Shown: positions 28,160 to 38,740, numbered from the stretch's first letter. The stretch is 64,000 nt of DNA from Minisyncoccota bacterium (GCA_041664205.1 JBAYLF010000003.1:7349-71348), one strand, 5' to 3'. Made by a program: numbers and translations. Notes: generated by a model not told the origin, from the letters alone.

Positions 28160-29893
28160 TTAAAAATTTGAAAGTTTGTGCATCTTTTTCGACAGGAATT
28201 GATATTCTTCAAGATATGCTTTTACTTTTTCCTTATCTTTCATTCTCTCGGCATCTTTAATATTTTGTGCCGATTTTAAAAGCGCATCTTTAAGATATTC
28301 AATCTCAAGATTCACAAGAAGCTCTGAAACCTCACGCGATAAAATTTCTAATTTCTCTTCATAATTAATTTCTGCTTCAGAAATTAATTTTGTTTTTTCA
28401 TCATCGCTTAATTTGAAATATTCATCTAAATTTTCTGCATTTAGAATACTCTTAAGCTTCTTTTCAGTCTCTTCTATTTCAAAGGTTTTTTCTTTAAGAT
28501 CTTTTTGCCATAAGATTATTCCGATAAGCTTTTTCTCGATAGAACTTCTACGTGCTGAATCGTCTTTTTTTGAATATTCTTTAACATTATTATTACGATA
28601 TGAATTCTGATTTGGATTATCTTTATTGTTGCTCTTAAGCTTAGAAAGTTCCTCCCACAAAGATTCTTCTTTTAAACCTGTAGCAATTGATATTTCTCCA
28701 ATATAATTAGACTGATCAATACTGCTTGGAATAATTGATATTATTGGCAATAATTTTTTCTCTACTTCTCTGCCAAGCGTCCTTTTATCTAGATTCTTAT
28801 CCAATATAAGAGATAGATAAAAATTAACGATATTTTCTGCGTGCTTCAATGAATTTTTCCACAAGTTTATATCTTTAAGCACTAAATCAGCTGGGTCTAA
28901 TCCTAATGGAAGTTTTGCAATTTTTACATCCATACCAATCGAAAGCGCTTTTTGCCAAGCTCTTTCTGATGCTCCAAAACCTGCCTTATCTCCATCGTAA
29001 GCAATCAAAAGATTGTTCGACATTCTTTTTAGGATATCTAAGTGCCTGTCAGTAAGAGCTGTTCCACCTGATGCTACAGTGTTCAAAAAACCCGCCTGAT
29101 GCACGAGTATCGCATCCATCTGTCCTTCTACAAGAATAGTATAACCTCTTTCGCGAATAGCCTGTTTAGCAAAATTCAATCCGTAAAGATTTTCTGATTT
29201 GCTATAAAGAGCTGTCTCTGGACTGTTTATGTATTTTGCAGATTTTTTATCATCATGAAATATTCTACCGCTAAAACCGATCACTCTGCCAGAATTGTCA
29301 AAAAGTGGAAACATTATCCTGTCTCGAAACCAGTCGTAATATCCTTTGTCACTTTTTCGCACAAGACCAACTTTTTCCATATCTGATTCTTGAAATCCTT
29401 TACTCTTTAAAAAATCATAAAGGCTTCTCCATTCTTGAAGCGAATATCCCAAGCGCCACTTTTCTATAGTTTCTGAATTAAGTCCTCGCTTTTTCAAATA
29501 TTCCTTAGCTTCTTCTGTGAATTTATTTTTAAAGAACAATGTTGCAGTCTCCAATATCAGAAATAATCTGTCTTTTTCATTTTTTATATCCGGATTTTCT
29601 TTTACTAATTCTACTCCCGCCCTTTCAGCTAAAACTTTAAGTGCGCCCATAAAATCTAAATGCTCAAATTCCTGAACAAACGTAAAAATGTCTCCTTTTG
29701 CTCCGCAACCAAAACAGTAAAATGAATCTCTTAAAGGCGACACCAAAAACGACGGGGTTTTTTCTTTATGAAACGGACAACAAGCTTTTAAATTACTGCC
29801 GGCTTTTTCTAGTTTTACATAAGAAGACACCACCTCAACAATTCCCAATCTTTCCTTTATTTTTTCTACGTTATTAGAAGACACAGATATCAA
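28160..29893 (-). CDS. dnaG: DNA primase
   Basis: CHC2 zinc finger CCPFHKEKTPSF...FYCFGCGAKGD and a Toprim EGQMDAILVHQAG. It forms a dnaG-rpoD operon. Confidence 0.9.
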   Translation of the reverse strand: MISVSSNNVEKIKERLGIVEVVSSYVKLEKAGSNLKACCPFHKEKTPSFLVSPLRDSFYCFGCGAKGDIFTFVQEFEHLDFMGALKVLAERAGVELVKENPDIKNEKDRLFLILETATLFFKNKFTEEAKEYLKKRGLNSETIEKWRLGYSLQEWRSLYDFLKSKGFQESDMEKVGLVRKSDKGYYDWFRDRIMFPLFDNSGRVIGFSGRIFHDDKKSAKYINSPETALYSKSENLYGLNFAKQAIRERGYTILVEGQMDAILVHQAGFLNTVASGGTALTDRHLDILKRMSNNLLIAYDGDKAGFGASERAWQKALSIGMDVKIAKLPLGLDPADLVLKDINLWKNSLKHAENIVNFYLSLILDKNLDKRTLGREVEKKLLPIISIIPSSIDQSNYIGEISIATGLKEESLWEELSKLKSNNKDNPNQNSYRNNNVKEYSKKDDSARRSSIEKKLIGIILWQKDLKEKTFEIEETEKKLKSILNAENLDEYFKLSDDEKTKLISEAEINYEEKLEILSREVSELLVNLEIEYLKDALLKSAQNIKDAERMKDKEKVKAYLEEYQFLSKKMHKLSNF

Positions 29894-29975
29894 AATAAAT
29901 TATTATTTAACTTCTGTTATTCTCGCCTAATTATAAAGATAGACGATAATAGTGAGCCGAACCAGCAACTTCTGC

Positions 29976-32900
29976 TTAGTATCCTTCTACTTCATTTTCA
30001 TTTCTGAGACTTTCCCTCTCTAAATTAAGTTTGGCCATTTCTTCTTCTATCATTTTTGCTTTTGGTCCACCTTTGTATCCGCTTCCCGCTGGGATTAATC
30101 TACCGATAATAACATTCTCCTTTAGACCAACTAATCTATCAACGCTTCCTCTAATAGCTGAGTTTATCAAGACTCGTGTTGTATGCTCGAATGATGCTGC
30201 AGACAAGAAGCTTCTTCTTGTAAGAGATACCTCTCTGATTCCCATAACTACAGGAGTAACCTTTGCTTCCTCGTTTCCATTCTCTTTTGCAATCTTATTT
30301 TCATCATTAAGCTCATCTGCGTCTATTAAATCACCAGGAGAGAAACTTGTTCCGCCTGACTCTCTAACCTTTGATCGAGAAAACATCTGACGAACTATTA
30401 CTTCTGTGTGCTTTCTTGAAACTGCTGATCCTTGTAATTCATAAAGTTTGTTTACTTCGGAAATTACATAATTCTGAGTAGCTTCTTTTCCTCCGTATTT
30501 ATATAATTCGTCAATATCTGCTGATCCGTCAGTCATAAGATCGCCCATAGAAACTTTGTCGCCAACTTTTACAATAGGAGTTCTCTTGTAATTAACAATG
30601 TATTCGGTTTCTTTTGCTGCTGTTTTTTTAGAAGTAATTTCGGGCAAAAGAACAATGATCTTTTCTTTGCCAGCATTCTTAATTTCCAAAACAGAACCAT
30701 CGATGTGAGAAATTACTGCAGGATTTTTTGGTTTTCTCTTTTCAAAAACTTCTTCAACTCTAGGCAATCCTTGAGTGATGTCTCCTCCAACAGTTGCTGT
30801 TCCTCCTGAGTGGAAGGTTCTCATTGTAAGTTGAGTTCCTGGTTCACCAATAGCCTGTGCTGCAACTGTTCCAACAGCCTCTCCAACTTCAACAAGTTTG
30901 TTTTTTCCGAGATCATATCCATAACAATGCGCACATATACCTCGTGCAGTTTTGCATCGTAGAGGAGATCTCACAGAAACTTCCTTAACGCCAGCTTCTT
31001 CAATTTTTCTTGAATCAGCTTTGCTTAATAAATGACCCTTCTTAAATAAAACATTTCCTTTTTCATCTAAAATATCTTGGAAAATAACTCTTCCTTCAAC
31101 ATTTTTTGCTATCGAAACTTCTATACCAGAATCACTATCCGAACCATGTAATACTATTCCGTCTTTTACACCACAATCTTCTTCAGTAACAAGTAAGTCT
31201 TGAGCGACATCGAATAATCTTCGGCTCAAATATCCAGCTTTTGCAGTGTTCAATGCTGTGTCTGTTAATCCCTTTCTTGCGCCGTGAGTAGTAATGAAAT
31301 ATTCAATAGGGGTCAAGCCTTCTTTAGAAGATGAAATAATTGGAAAATCAATAGTTTCTCCAACAGTGTTTACAATAAGACCTTTCATACCAACCATCTG
31401 AGTAATGTTTCCAATAGAACCTCGAGCTCCTGATTTCAACATGTCATAAACCGATCCATTCTTTAAAAGACTACTTGGAATTAGTTTTTCTATTTCATTT
31501 TTTGCAGACTGCCATACTTCAATATTTTTTCTCTTCTTTTCTTCGTCAGAAAGGAATCCTTCATTGTATTGAGCTGTTATTTCTTCAGACTCTTTCTTTG
31601 CGCGATCAATAACCTCACCCTTTTGGGCAGGTGAATTCAAATCGTCAATTCCCCATGTCACACCAGAAACGGTCGCATATTTGAAACCAAAAGTTTTTAC
31701 CTTATCAAGTATAGCTGGAACATTTCTAATTCCGTAAAATACAATAAGATCATCAACTATAGCTGACATTTTCTTTTTATCTATTTCTTGATTAACAAAA
31801 GGATAATCTTCTGGCAATTCATTGTTGAAAAGAAGTCTTCCTACTGTTGTTTCAAAAAGCTTTTCTTCAAATACTTTATATTTGTTTCCATATCTAGCGA
31901 CATCACCACCGCGAACTTTTATTTTTGCTCGAAGATCAACTTCGCCAAAGTCACAAGCGGTAATCGCATCGTTTGGATCTGAGAAAATTTTTCCTTCTCC
32001 TTTCTTTCCTTCAATAATTTTTGTAACCCAGAAACATCCTAGAACAATGTCCAATTTGTCGATTGAAATAACAATGTTGCCGTTTCCTGGTTTAAGAATA
32101 TTTTTATCAGCTGCCATTATTTCTCGAGCTTCTATTTGAGCTTCATCAGAAAGTGGCACGTGAACAGCCATCTGGTCTCCGTCGAAGTCAGCGTTGAAAG
32201 CTGTGCAAACAAGAGGATGAACCTGAATAGCATTTCCTTCTATAAGGATAGGTTGGAATGCCTGAATACCTAATCTGTGCAAAGTTGGAGCTCTGTTTAG
32301 AAAAACGTATTTGTTTTGAATAACTTGTTCCAAAATTGCCCAAACTTCTGTAACTCCTTCATCGATAATTCTGCCCGCACCTCTTATGTTGAAAGCTAGT
32401 TCCCTTTTTAGAAGTTCTGAAATAACAAATGGTCTGAATAGTTCAAGTGCCATGTGTTTTGGAAGACCACATTGATGAAGTTTAAGTTCTGGACCAACAA
32501 CGATAACTGAACGTCCTGAGTAGTCAACACGCTTTCCTAGAAGGTTTGCTCTAAAGAGTCCTCGTTTTCCTTTTAAGTTATCTGCAATTGATTTCAAAGG
32601 TCGTCTCTGTGCTGGATTTAATCCGGCATAAAGAGTGTTGCCGTGTCGAATTGAGTTGTCGATGAGAGCATCAACAGCTTCTTGTAAAATTCTTTTTTCG
32701 TTTCTTAAAATAACATCAGGAGCAAATATTTCTTTGAGTTTTTTAAGACGATTATTTCTGTTTATAACTCTTCGGTATAGATCGTTAACATCTGATGTTG
32801 CGTGTCGTCCACCATCAAGAGCAACCATAGGTCGTAAAGCCGCAGGAATAACTGGTATTTGTTTTAGAAACATCCAATCTGGTCTAATGCCTGAAGTGAT

Positions 32901-33710
32901 CATAGCTCTGATCAAACTTAATCTTTTTGTTATTTTTTCTCTATCAATTGCACCAGCTTTTTCAATATCGATAACTAGTTGCTTCTCGATCTTTGGAAGA
33001 TCCATACCTCGACATAGATCGAAAATTGCTTCTGCTCCTATTCCTGCCTCAAATAGAGCACCGTATTTAATAGAATATTTATGATATAAAATTTCATCAA
33101 GAACTGCTCCTTCTTTTATACTTTCAATATCTTTTTTAGCATTAACAAGGAGTTCTTTCATAGCCTCTTTTGATTTCTCGTCTGTGAGAGCTTTAACTTT
33201 GCTCTTGTATTCACTATCTATATCTCTTGCAAGTCTTGCTCGCTCTTCCTCATTAACTGATTTTATTATGTATCCTGCAAAATAAATAACTTTTTCAAGA
33301 TCACCGCTGCTCATTCCTAATATCATAGCAATCCTAGAAGGAGTGCTTCTCAAAAACCAAATATGAGAAACTGGTGTTGCGAGTTCTATATGTCCCATTC
33401 TTTCACGTCTAACTATAGAGCGTGTAATTTCAACTCCGCACTTTTCGCAAACGATACCTTTGTATCTTATACCTCGGTATTTTCCACAATAACATTCCCA
33501 ATCACGATCAGGACCAAATATCTTTTCGTCGAAAAGACCGCTCTTTTCGCTTCTTTGTGTTCTGTAGTTCATGGTCTCAGGTTTTGTTACCTCGCCATAA
33601 GACCACTCCTTTATTTTTTCAGGAGAAGCCAACTTAAGAACAACTTCATCAAAATCAGCTGGTTCTGTTATTCTTGGCTTTATTGTGTTGTTTGTATTGT
33701 TTGTGTTCAT
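29976..33710 (-). CDS. rpoC: DNA-directed RNA polymerase subunit beta'
   Basis: Zinc finger CYCGKYRGIRYKGIVCEKCGVEI, NADFDGDQM catalytic loop; 1244 aa. Confidence 0.95.
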   Translation of the reverse strand: MNTNNTNNTIKPRITEPADFDEVVLKLASPEKIKEWSYGEVTKPETMNYRTQRSEKSGLFDEKIFGPDRDWECYCGKYRGIRYKGIVCEKCGVEITRSIVRRERMGHIELATPVSHIWFLRSTPSRIAMILGMSSGDLEKVIYFAGYIIKSVNEEERARLARDIDSEYKSKVKALTDEKSKEAMKELLVNAKKDIESIKEGAVLDEILYHKYSIKYGALFEAGIGAEAIFDLCRGMDLPKIEKQLVIDIEKAGAIDREKITKRLSLIRAMITSGIRPDWMFLKQIPVIPAALRPMVALDGGRHATSDVNDLYRRVINRNNRLKKLKEIFAPDVILRNEKRILQEAVDALIDNSIRHGNTLYAGLNPAQRRPLKSIADNLKGKRGLFRANLLGKRVDYSGRSVIVVGPELKLHQCGLPKHMALELFRPFVISELLKRELAFNIRGAGRIIDEGVTEVWAILEQVIQNKYVFLNRAPTLHRLGIQAFQPILIEGNAIQVHPLVCTAFNADFDGDQMAVHVPLSDEAQIEAREIMAADKNILKPGNGNIVISIDKLDIVLGCFWVTKIIEGKKGEGKIFSDPNDAITACDFGEVDLRAKIKVRGGDVARYGNKYKVFEEKLFETTVGRLLFNNELPEDYPFVNQEIDKKKMSAIVDDLIVFYGIRNVPAILDKVKTFGFKYATVSGVTWGIDDLNSPAQKGEVIDRAKKESEEITAQYNEGFLSDEEKKRKNIEVWQSAKNEIEKLIPSSLLKNGSVYDMLKSGARGSIGNITQMVGMKGLIVNTVGETIDFPIISSSKEGLTPIEYFITTHGARKGLTDTALNTAKAGYLSRRLFDVAQDLLVTEEDCGVKDGIVLHGSDSDSGIEVSIAKNVEGRVIFQDILDEKGNVLFKKGHLLSKADSRKIEEAGVKEVSVRSPLRCKTARGICAHCYGYDLGKNKLVEVGEAVGTVAAQAIGEPGTQLTMRTFHSGGTATVGGDITQGLPRVEEVFEKRKPKNPAVISHIDGSVLEIKNAGKEKIIVLLPEITSKKTAAKETEYIVNYKRTPIVKVGDKVSMGDLMTDGSADIDELYKYGGKEATQNYVISEVNKLYELQGSAVSRKHTEVIVRQMFSRSKVRESGGTSFSPGDLIDADELNDENKIAKENGNEEAKVTPVVMGIREVSLTRRSFLSAASFEHTTRVLINSAIRGSVDRLVGLKENVIIGRLIPAGSGYKGGPKAKMIEEEMAKLNLERESLRNENEVEGY

Positions 33711-33735
33711 AAATTAAATCAAAATTAGCTAAAAA

Positions 33736-36700
33736 TTATTTCGACTTTTCTGCTGCGTTTCTTTTTCGTGAAGAAGCTCGAGCCGCTGATTCTTCAAGAT
33801 CTTTTCCGCCAGTTTTCTTAAGTTCAATATCTAAAGCAAGACCTTTTAGGTTGAAAAGAAGCACATTAAATGACGCTGGTAGGTTAGGCATTCCTATTGG
33901 TTCGCCTTTCACTATCGAATCAAATGTTTGTGATCGACCCACAATATCGTCAGATTTTATTGTAAGCATTTCTCGCAAGCTGTATGCCGCTCCGTGTCCC
34001 AAAAGTGCCCAGACTTCCATTTCTCCGAATCTCTGTCCTCCACCTTGAGCTTTACCTCCAAGTGGCTGTTGAGTAATAAGAGAGTAAGGACCAATTGATC
34101 GCATGTGTATCTTGTCTTCAACCATATGGTGCAGTTTCAAAATATACATATAACCAACAGCAATGTCTTGTTGGAAAGCATCGCCGGTTCTACCGTCAAA
34201 AAGTTGCATCTTTCCATTTTCATTAAAGCCAGCTTTTTTCAATTCTTGTTTTATTTCAACATCTGTAGCACCTCCGAATGCAGGAACTACCGCTTGATAA
34301 CCAAGTGAGTTTGCTGCAAGTCCTAAGTGTAATTCCAAAATCTGTCCTAAGTTCATACGAGAAGGAACACCTAATGGAGTAAGAATAATATCTATTGGAG
34401 TTCCGTCTGCCATATATGGCATATCTTCTGCTGGTAAGATCTTTGAAATAACTCCTTTGTTTCCGTGTCGTCCTGCAAGTTTGTCTCCTACTGAAACTGT
34501 TCGAAGTTGTGCTATTTCAATGTGAATTCTTTTTATAATTCCTGATTCCAATTTGTCACCTTTATCTCTTGAGAAAACTGTAACGCCAATAACGCGTCCT
34601 CGTTTACCGTGCTCCAATTTCTTTGAAGTATCTTTTACATCGCGAGCCTTTTCACCGAAGATCGATCTTAACAATCGCTCTTCTGGAGTAAGTTGTGTCT
34701 CACCTTTTGGAGTAATCTTTCCAACCAAAATATCTCCTGGTCGAACTTCCGCTCCTACGCGAACAATTCCCTCTTCATCAAGATTTTTTAGTTTTGCTTC
34801 ACCAACGTTTGGAATATCATGTGTAGTAACTTCTGGTCCAAGTTTTGTATCACGAACATTAACAACAAACTCTTCCAAGTGAATTGAAGAGAATTTATCT
34901 TCCTTAACAAGTTTTTCTGATACTATGATTGCGTCTTCATAGTTTGAACCTGACCATGATAAGAATCCTACTAAAATATTTTGTCCTAATGCCATTTCTC
35001 CTTGATCACTAGATGAAGTATCAGCAAGAAGATCTCCTTTTTTAACTTTGTCTCCTAAATTAACAAATGGCCTCTGGTGAAATACTGTCATTCCGTTTGT
35101 TCTGTTGAATTGAATAAGATCATACTGATCGTCTTTTCCTTTGTTATCTTCAACAATAATCTTTCTTGCATCAACATATTTAACAACCCCAGATTCTCTT
35201 GCAACGACAATTCTTCCTGTATCTCTGATGGCTTTTTCTTCAATACCTGTTGCAACTAATGGTGCTTCAGGAACGAGACATGGTGTTGCTTGCTTTTGCA
35301 TGTTAGAACCCATAAGTGCTCTGTTAGCATCATCATGGTTCAAGAATGGAATCATAGAGGTTACTATAGAAAAAGCTTGGTTTGTTGAAACGTCTATATA
35401 GTCTACTTTATCTGGAGAAATAAGACCTGGACCGCCGTTGATTCTAACCTCAACGTTTTGTTCAGTAATTTTTCCAGTCTCTTCATCATATGCTGTAGCA
35501 GCGTGAGCAATGTGATACTGCTCCTCTTCCAAAGCATTCAAATATTCTATTTCGCTAGTAATTTTTCCATTTTTTACTTTTGCATATGGTGTTTCGATCA
35601 TTCCAAAATCATTTATTTTTGCGAATGCTGCAAGTCTTAAAATAAGACCGATGTTTGGGCCTTCAGGAGTATGTATAGGACAAACACGGCCGTAGTGAGA
35701 TGGGTGAACATCTCGAACTTCATAACCTGCGCGCTCTCTGGTCAATCCTCCAGGACCTAATGCTGATATAGTTCTTAAATGCTCGAGTTCCGCAAGAGAG
35801 TTTTCCTGTTGCATGAACTGTGATAATTGGTTTGTTGTAAAAAATTCTTTGATACGAGCTTGCAAAGGTCGTGGTGAAATAAATTGAACAGGAAGTGTTG
35901 TGTCAGTATCAATAGTAGACATTCTATTTTGAATGTTTCTCTTCATCTGTGTCATTCCCATTCTTATCTTTTGCTGTAAAAGTTCACCGACATATCTAAC
36001 TCTTCTTGATCCTAAGTGGTCAATGTCATCTACCTCTGCTTCTGGGTGATTATTCAAAAATATTATATGAGAAACGATAGTTGCAACATCTTCTGGGGAT
36101 ATTGTTCTTCTGTCTTTCTCTTTTTCATCAAGAGGCTTACTGAAACGAGTGTTAAATCGAAATCGTCCTACTTTGTGAAGGTCATATCTTTCTGGACTCA
36201 TAATATCTCCTATGAATTCGCGTGCGTTATCAGGTGTTGAAAGTTCTCCATCGCGAAGTTTTTTGTGAATTTCAATGAAGGAATCGTCGGCTACTTTTGC
36301 AGGATCCTTTGCGATTATATGCTCCATTATTTTAGCGATATTCGGTTCATTTTTGAAAAGATCTAAAATCTCCTTGTCAGTTTCTTTTCCTAGCACTCTA
36401 AAAAGAGAAGAGATAGGAAACTTTCGCTTCCTATCTATTCTTACGTATACCAAATCATCTGCTTCGCTTTCTATTTCTATCCAGACTCCTCTTGCTGGAA
36501 TGATCTTTGCGCCAAAATATTTCTTTCCTTTTACCTCATTCGCAGTAAAAAAAATCCCAAACGATCTTGCGAGTTGGGGCACTAACACTCTTTCTATTCC
36601 ATTGATGATAAATGTTCCATGAGAGGTCATTAGAGGAAAATCTGCCATGAAAATTTCTTGTTCTTTCTTGGTTCCTAGTATTTTGTTCTTAAGACAGACC

Positions 36701-36981
36701 ATGATTTTCAATGGTGCTTCATAGGAAATCTTCTTTGTCTTTGCATAATATTCATCAAACTGTGCATCAGTTAATGTAAAATCCAAAAACTGAAGTTCGA
36801 ACTTCTTTTCTGTATAATCTTTAATTGAATTAAACTCATCAAAAACTTCCTTAATTCCCTTTTCGAGAAGCCACTTAAATGAAGCTACTTGAGACTCCAC
36901 GAGATTAGGGATAGGAGCAAGGGGCTTTTTAAACTTTCCGAAATACTTCTTTGTTCTCTTGGTTGTTTGAGTTGAGTTCAT
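33736..36981 (-). CDS. rpoB: DNA-directed RNA polymerase subunit beta
   Basis: 1081 aa with conserved RpoB blocks GRHGNKGV and SLREMLTIKSDD. It is adjacent and co-oriented with rpoC. Confidence 0.95.
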   Translation of the reverse strand: MNSTQTTKRTKKYFGKFKKPLAPIPNLVESQVASFKWLLEKGIKEVFDEFNSIKDYTEKKFELQFLDFTLTDAQFDEYYAKTKKISYEAPLKIMVCLKNKILGTKKEQEIFMADFPLMTSHGTFIINGIERVLVPQLARSFGIFFTANEVKGKKYFGAKIIPARGVWIEIESEADDLVYVRIDRKRKFPISSLFRVLGKETDKEILDLFKNEPNIAKIMEHIIAKDPAKVADDSFIEIHKKLRDGELSTPDNAREFIGDIMSPERYDLHKVGRFRFNTRFSKPLDEKEKDRRTISPEDVATIVSHIIFLNNHPEAEVDDIDHLGSRRVRYVGELLQQKIRMGMTQMKRNIQNRMSTIDTDTTLPVQFISPRPLQARIKEFFTTNQLSQFMQQENSLAELEHLRTISALGPGGLTRERAGYEVRDVHPSHYGRVCPIHTPEGPNIGLILRLAAFAKINDFGMIETPYAKVKNGKITSEIEYLNALEEEQYHIAHAATAYDEETGKITEQNVEVRINGGPGLISPDKVDYIDVSTNQAFSIVTSMIPFLNHDDANRALMGSNMQKQATPCLVPEAPLVATGIEEKAIRDTGRIVVARESGVVKYVDARKIIVEDNKGKDDQYDLIQFNRTNGMTVFHQRPFVNLGDKVKKGDLLADTSSSDQGEMALGQNILVGFLSWSGSNYEDAIIVSEKLVKEDKFSSIHLEEFVVNVRDTKLGPEVTTHDIPNVGEAKLKNLDEEGIVRVGAEVRPGDILVGKITPKGETQLTPEERLLRSIFGEKARDVKDTSKKLEHGKRGRVIGVTVFSRDKGDKLESGIIKRIHIEIAQLRTVSVGDKLAGRHGNKGVISKILPAEDMPYMADGTPIDIILTPLGVPSRMNLGQILELHLGLAANSLGYQAVVPAFGGATDVEIKQELKKAGFNENGKMQLFDGRTGDAFQQDIAVGYMYILKLHHMVEDKIHMRSIGPYSLITQQPLGGKAQGGGQRFGEMEVWALLGHGAAYSLREMLTIKSDDIVGRSQTFDSIVKGEPIGMPNLPASFNVLLFNLKGLALDIELKKTGGKDLEESAARASSRKRNAAEKSK

Positions 36982-37231
36982 AGATTTTATTAATTAAATT
37001 ATTGTTTAAATGATTCTAATAAGCTAACAAAAGTCAACATTGAAACTATTTAAAAATAGTGTTTTTGTTCAAAAAGTGAGAAAAAATAAGACAAATAAAA
37101 CAACACCCCTTAAAAAGGTTTTTACTAAAAATTTGTTTATTTACCTAATTGTTTTCTCAATAGGCCGAATTAAAACTATAAAATGTATGGGAAAAACAGT
37201 TTTAAACTCAATCTTTCTACGTGTAAATAAC

Positions 37232-37259
37232 ATTATATTTATTTTGTAATTATTGTCAA
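37232..37259 (-). promoter_or_regulatory. consensus sigma-70-type promoter (TTGACA-16-TATAAT) upstream of rpoB
   Basis: On the - strand: CTTGACAataattacaaaataaaTATAATg. It would give a 5' leader of about 240 nt for rpoBC. Confidence 0.5.
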
Positions 37260-37327
37260 GCTGTGGATAAGTTTCTTGCAAAATTACAAAACAAAACTAA
37301 TAACTTTACAAAATTAGAAGGCTTGTT

Positions 37328-37993
37328 CTAAGCACTCTTATTTTTGAGATCTTTTCTAGAATTTCTCCATTCATCTATCTTTTGATGATGTCCGGAAAGA
37401 AGAACTTTGGGAACTTTATAATTTTTTCCTTTATAAGAAAGTGTCTCTGGTCGCGTATATACATCTGGAGAAGATACTCGATCATCTTCTAATGATCCGA
37501 AATCTCCTAACACTCCCTCAATCTGTCTAGATACACAATCAATAATTGCCATTGCTGGCAATTCCCCACCTGTAAGCACATACGGCCCGATAGAAAATTC
37601 TTTTGCTTTAAATATCTTTGTTACTCTAGCGTCCACACCTTCGTATCTTCCGCAAATAATAACGATGTCTTTTTTCTTTTTAAAACCTATTGCCACCTTG
37701 TTTGTAAATTGTTTTCCAGAAGGAGAAAGAAAAATCACCATAGCCTTTTTCTTGTCAGCGATATTTTCAAATGCATTTTCAATAGCCTTTATATAAGGCA
37801 TGGCTTGAAGAACCATTCCTGGCCCCCCACCGTATGGCTTGTAATCAACTCTTTTTCGTTTGTCTTCAGAAAAATCGCGAGGATTATAGAACTTAACATT
37901 AATTAAATTATTTTTTATTGCGCGCGCCAAAATAGACTCGCCTAAATACGAGCTGAAAGAATCTGGAAATAATGTGATTATATGGAAATTCAT
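37328..37993 (-). CDS. trmD: tRNA (guanine37-N1)-methyltransferase
   Basis: MNFHIITLFPDSF...YGGGPGMVL and the SPOUT knot region VIICGRYEGVDAR. Confidence 0.9.
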   Translation of the reverse strand: MNFHIITLFPDSFSSYLGESILARAIKNNLINVKFYNPRDFSEDKRKRVDYKPYGGGPGMVLQAMPYIKAIENAFENIADKKKAMVIFLSPSGKQFTNKVAIGFKKKKDIVIICGRYEGVDARVTKIFKAKEFSIGPYVLTGGELPAMAIIDCVSRQIEGVLGDFGSLEDDRVSSPDVYTRPETLSYKGKNYKVPKVLLSGHHQKIDEWRNSRKDLKNKSA

Positions 37994-37997
37994 ATCT

Positions 37998-38070
37998 TGT
38001 CATTCCCGCGCAGGCGGGAATCTAGTTTCTGTCTGCTTAATCTGGATTCCCGCTTTCGCGGGAATGACAG
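37998..38070. repeat. twin GC-rich palindromic hairpin element
   Basis: TGTCATTCCCGC-gcag-GCGGGAAT ...24 nt... ATTCCCGC-tttc-GCGGGAATGACA. The same 8-bp stem occurs twice, and the outer 12-mers are also mutually complementary. Confidence 0.5.
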
Positions 38071-38104
38071 AAGAAAAATCGGAACGACACTAACAAACAA
38101 AAAA

Positions 38105-38132
38105 CCGTGGTAAAAGATTACCACGGTTTTTT
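38105..38132 (-). terminator. rho-independent terminator or attenuator between the KH gene and trmD
   Basis: CCGTGGTAA-aaga-TTACCACGG flanked by A6 and T6. A second hairpin AGACCTC-ttcg-AGAGGTCT lies at 38146..38165. Confidence 0.55.
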
Positions 38133-38180
38133 GTTTTTGTCATTAGACCTCTTCGAGAGGTCTAAATAGAGATAATTTAT

Positions 38181-38495
38181 TTAGATGTTTAAATCTTCCA
38201 TTGCTTCGTCTACGCTCTTTGTTGAGTTCTCTACTCGTCCGCGACCACCTTCTGGTTCCTCAATCTTGAGGTTTACTCGAGCATTGTTTTTCATTCCAAC
38301 AACTCGAAGAAGTGTTCTGATGGCCTTTGCTGTATTTCCTGATCGTCCAATTATTTTACCCATATCTGCTGGGTTAACGACCAATGTAATAAGCACGCCC
38401 ATTTCATCAACTGTTCGAACGATCTTTACATCGCTAGGATTGTCTACGAGCGCCCTGATAACGTAATCAAGAAACTCTGCATCTTTTTCTTTCAT
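38181..38495 (-). CDS. KH-domain RNA-binding protein (KhpA/YlqC-like), extended
   Basis: GKIIGRSGNTAKAIRTLL is the KH GXXG loop region. At 104 aa it is longer than typical KhpA. Confidence 0.8.
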   Translation of the reverse strand: MKEKDAEFLDYVIRALVDNPSDVKIVRTVDEMGVLITLVVNPADMGKIIGRSGNTAKAIRTLLRVVGMKNNARVNLKIEEPEGGRGRVENSTKSVDEAMEDLNI

Positions 38496-38664
38496 ATATG
38501 TTCTTTATCTAACTTAAACTTTCATAAACATTGCAGTAATTCGACCGTCATTGCACGGTTTTAGCCGGCTTTCTTACCTACTGCTTATTAAACATAAATT
38601 GTAGCATCGTTTAAAATAAAATCAAACAATACTAGGATAGCTTTTTCAAAAAATCATCAATATA

Positions 38665-38696
38665 TAAAAAAGAGCCTTTCCGTAAGGAAAGGCTCT
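38665..38696 (-). terminator. rho-independent terminator
   Basis: AGAGCCTTTCC-gtaa-GGAAAGGCTCT with A6 on the + strand, a U-run on the - strand. It is downstream of 38741..39520. Confidence 0.65.
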
Positions 38697-38740
38697 AAAG
38701 ATTTAGTAACTAAAAAGATCAACTACTGCACGAGGTTCGG

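Noticed and set aside
29976-36981. Numerous + strand ORFs of 60-150 aa inside rpoB/rpoC (for example 30031..30390, 32635..33084, 34553..34882)
   Set aside because: They are antisense shadows of highly conserved RNA polymerase genes, with no start-site signals and antisense-like S/F/L-rich composition. The same applies to the antisense ORFs within rnr, smc, dnaE and the helicase gene.
36982-37327. Expected rplS (ribosomal protein L19) downstream of trmD
   Set aside because: I translated the whole 346-bp gap on the - strand and it contains many stops. There is no L19-like ORF, and the region instead holds a consensus promoter.
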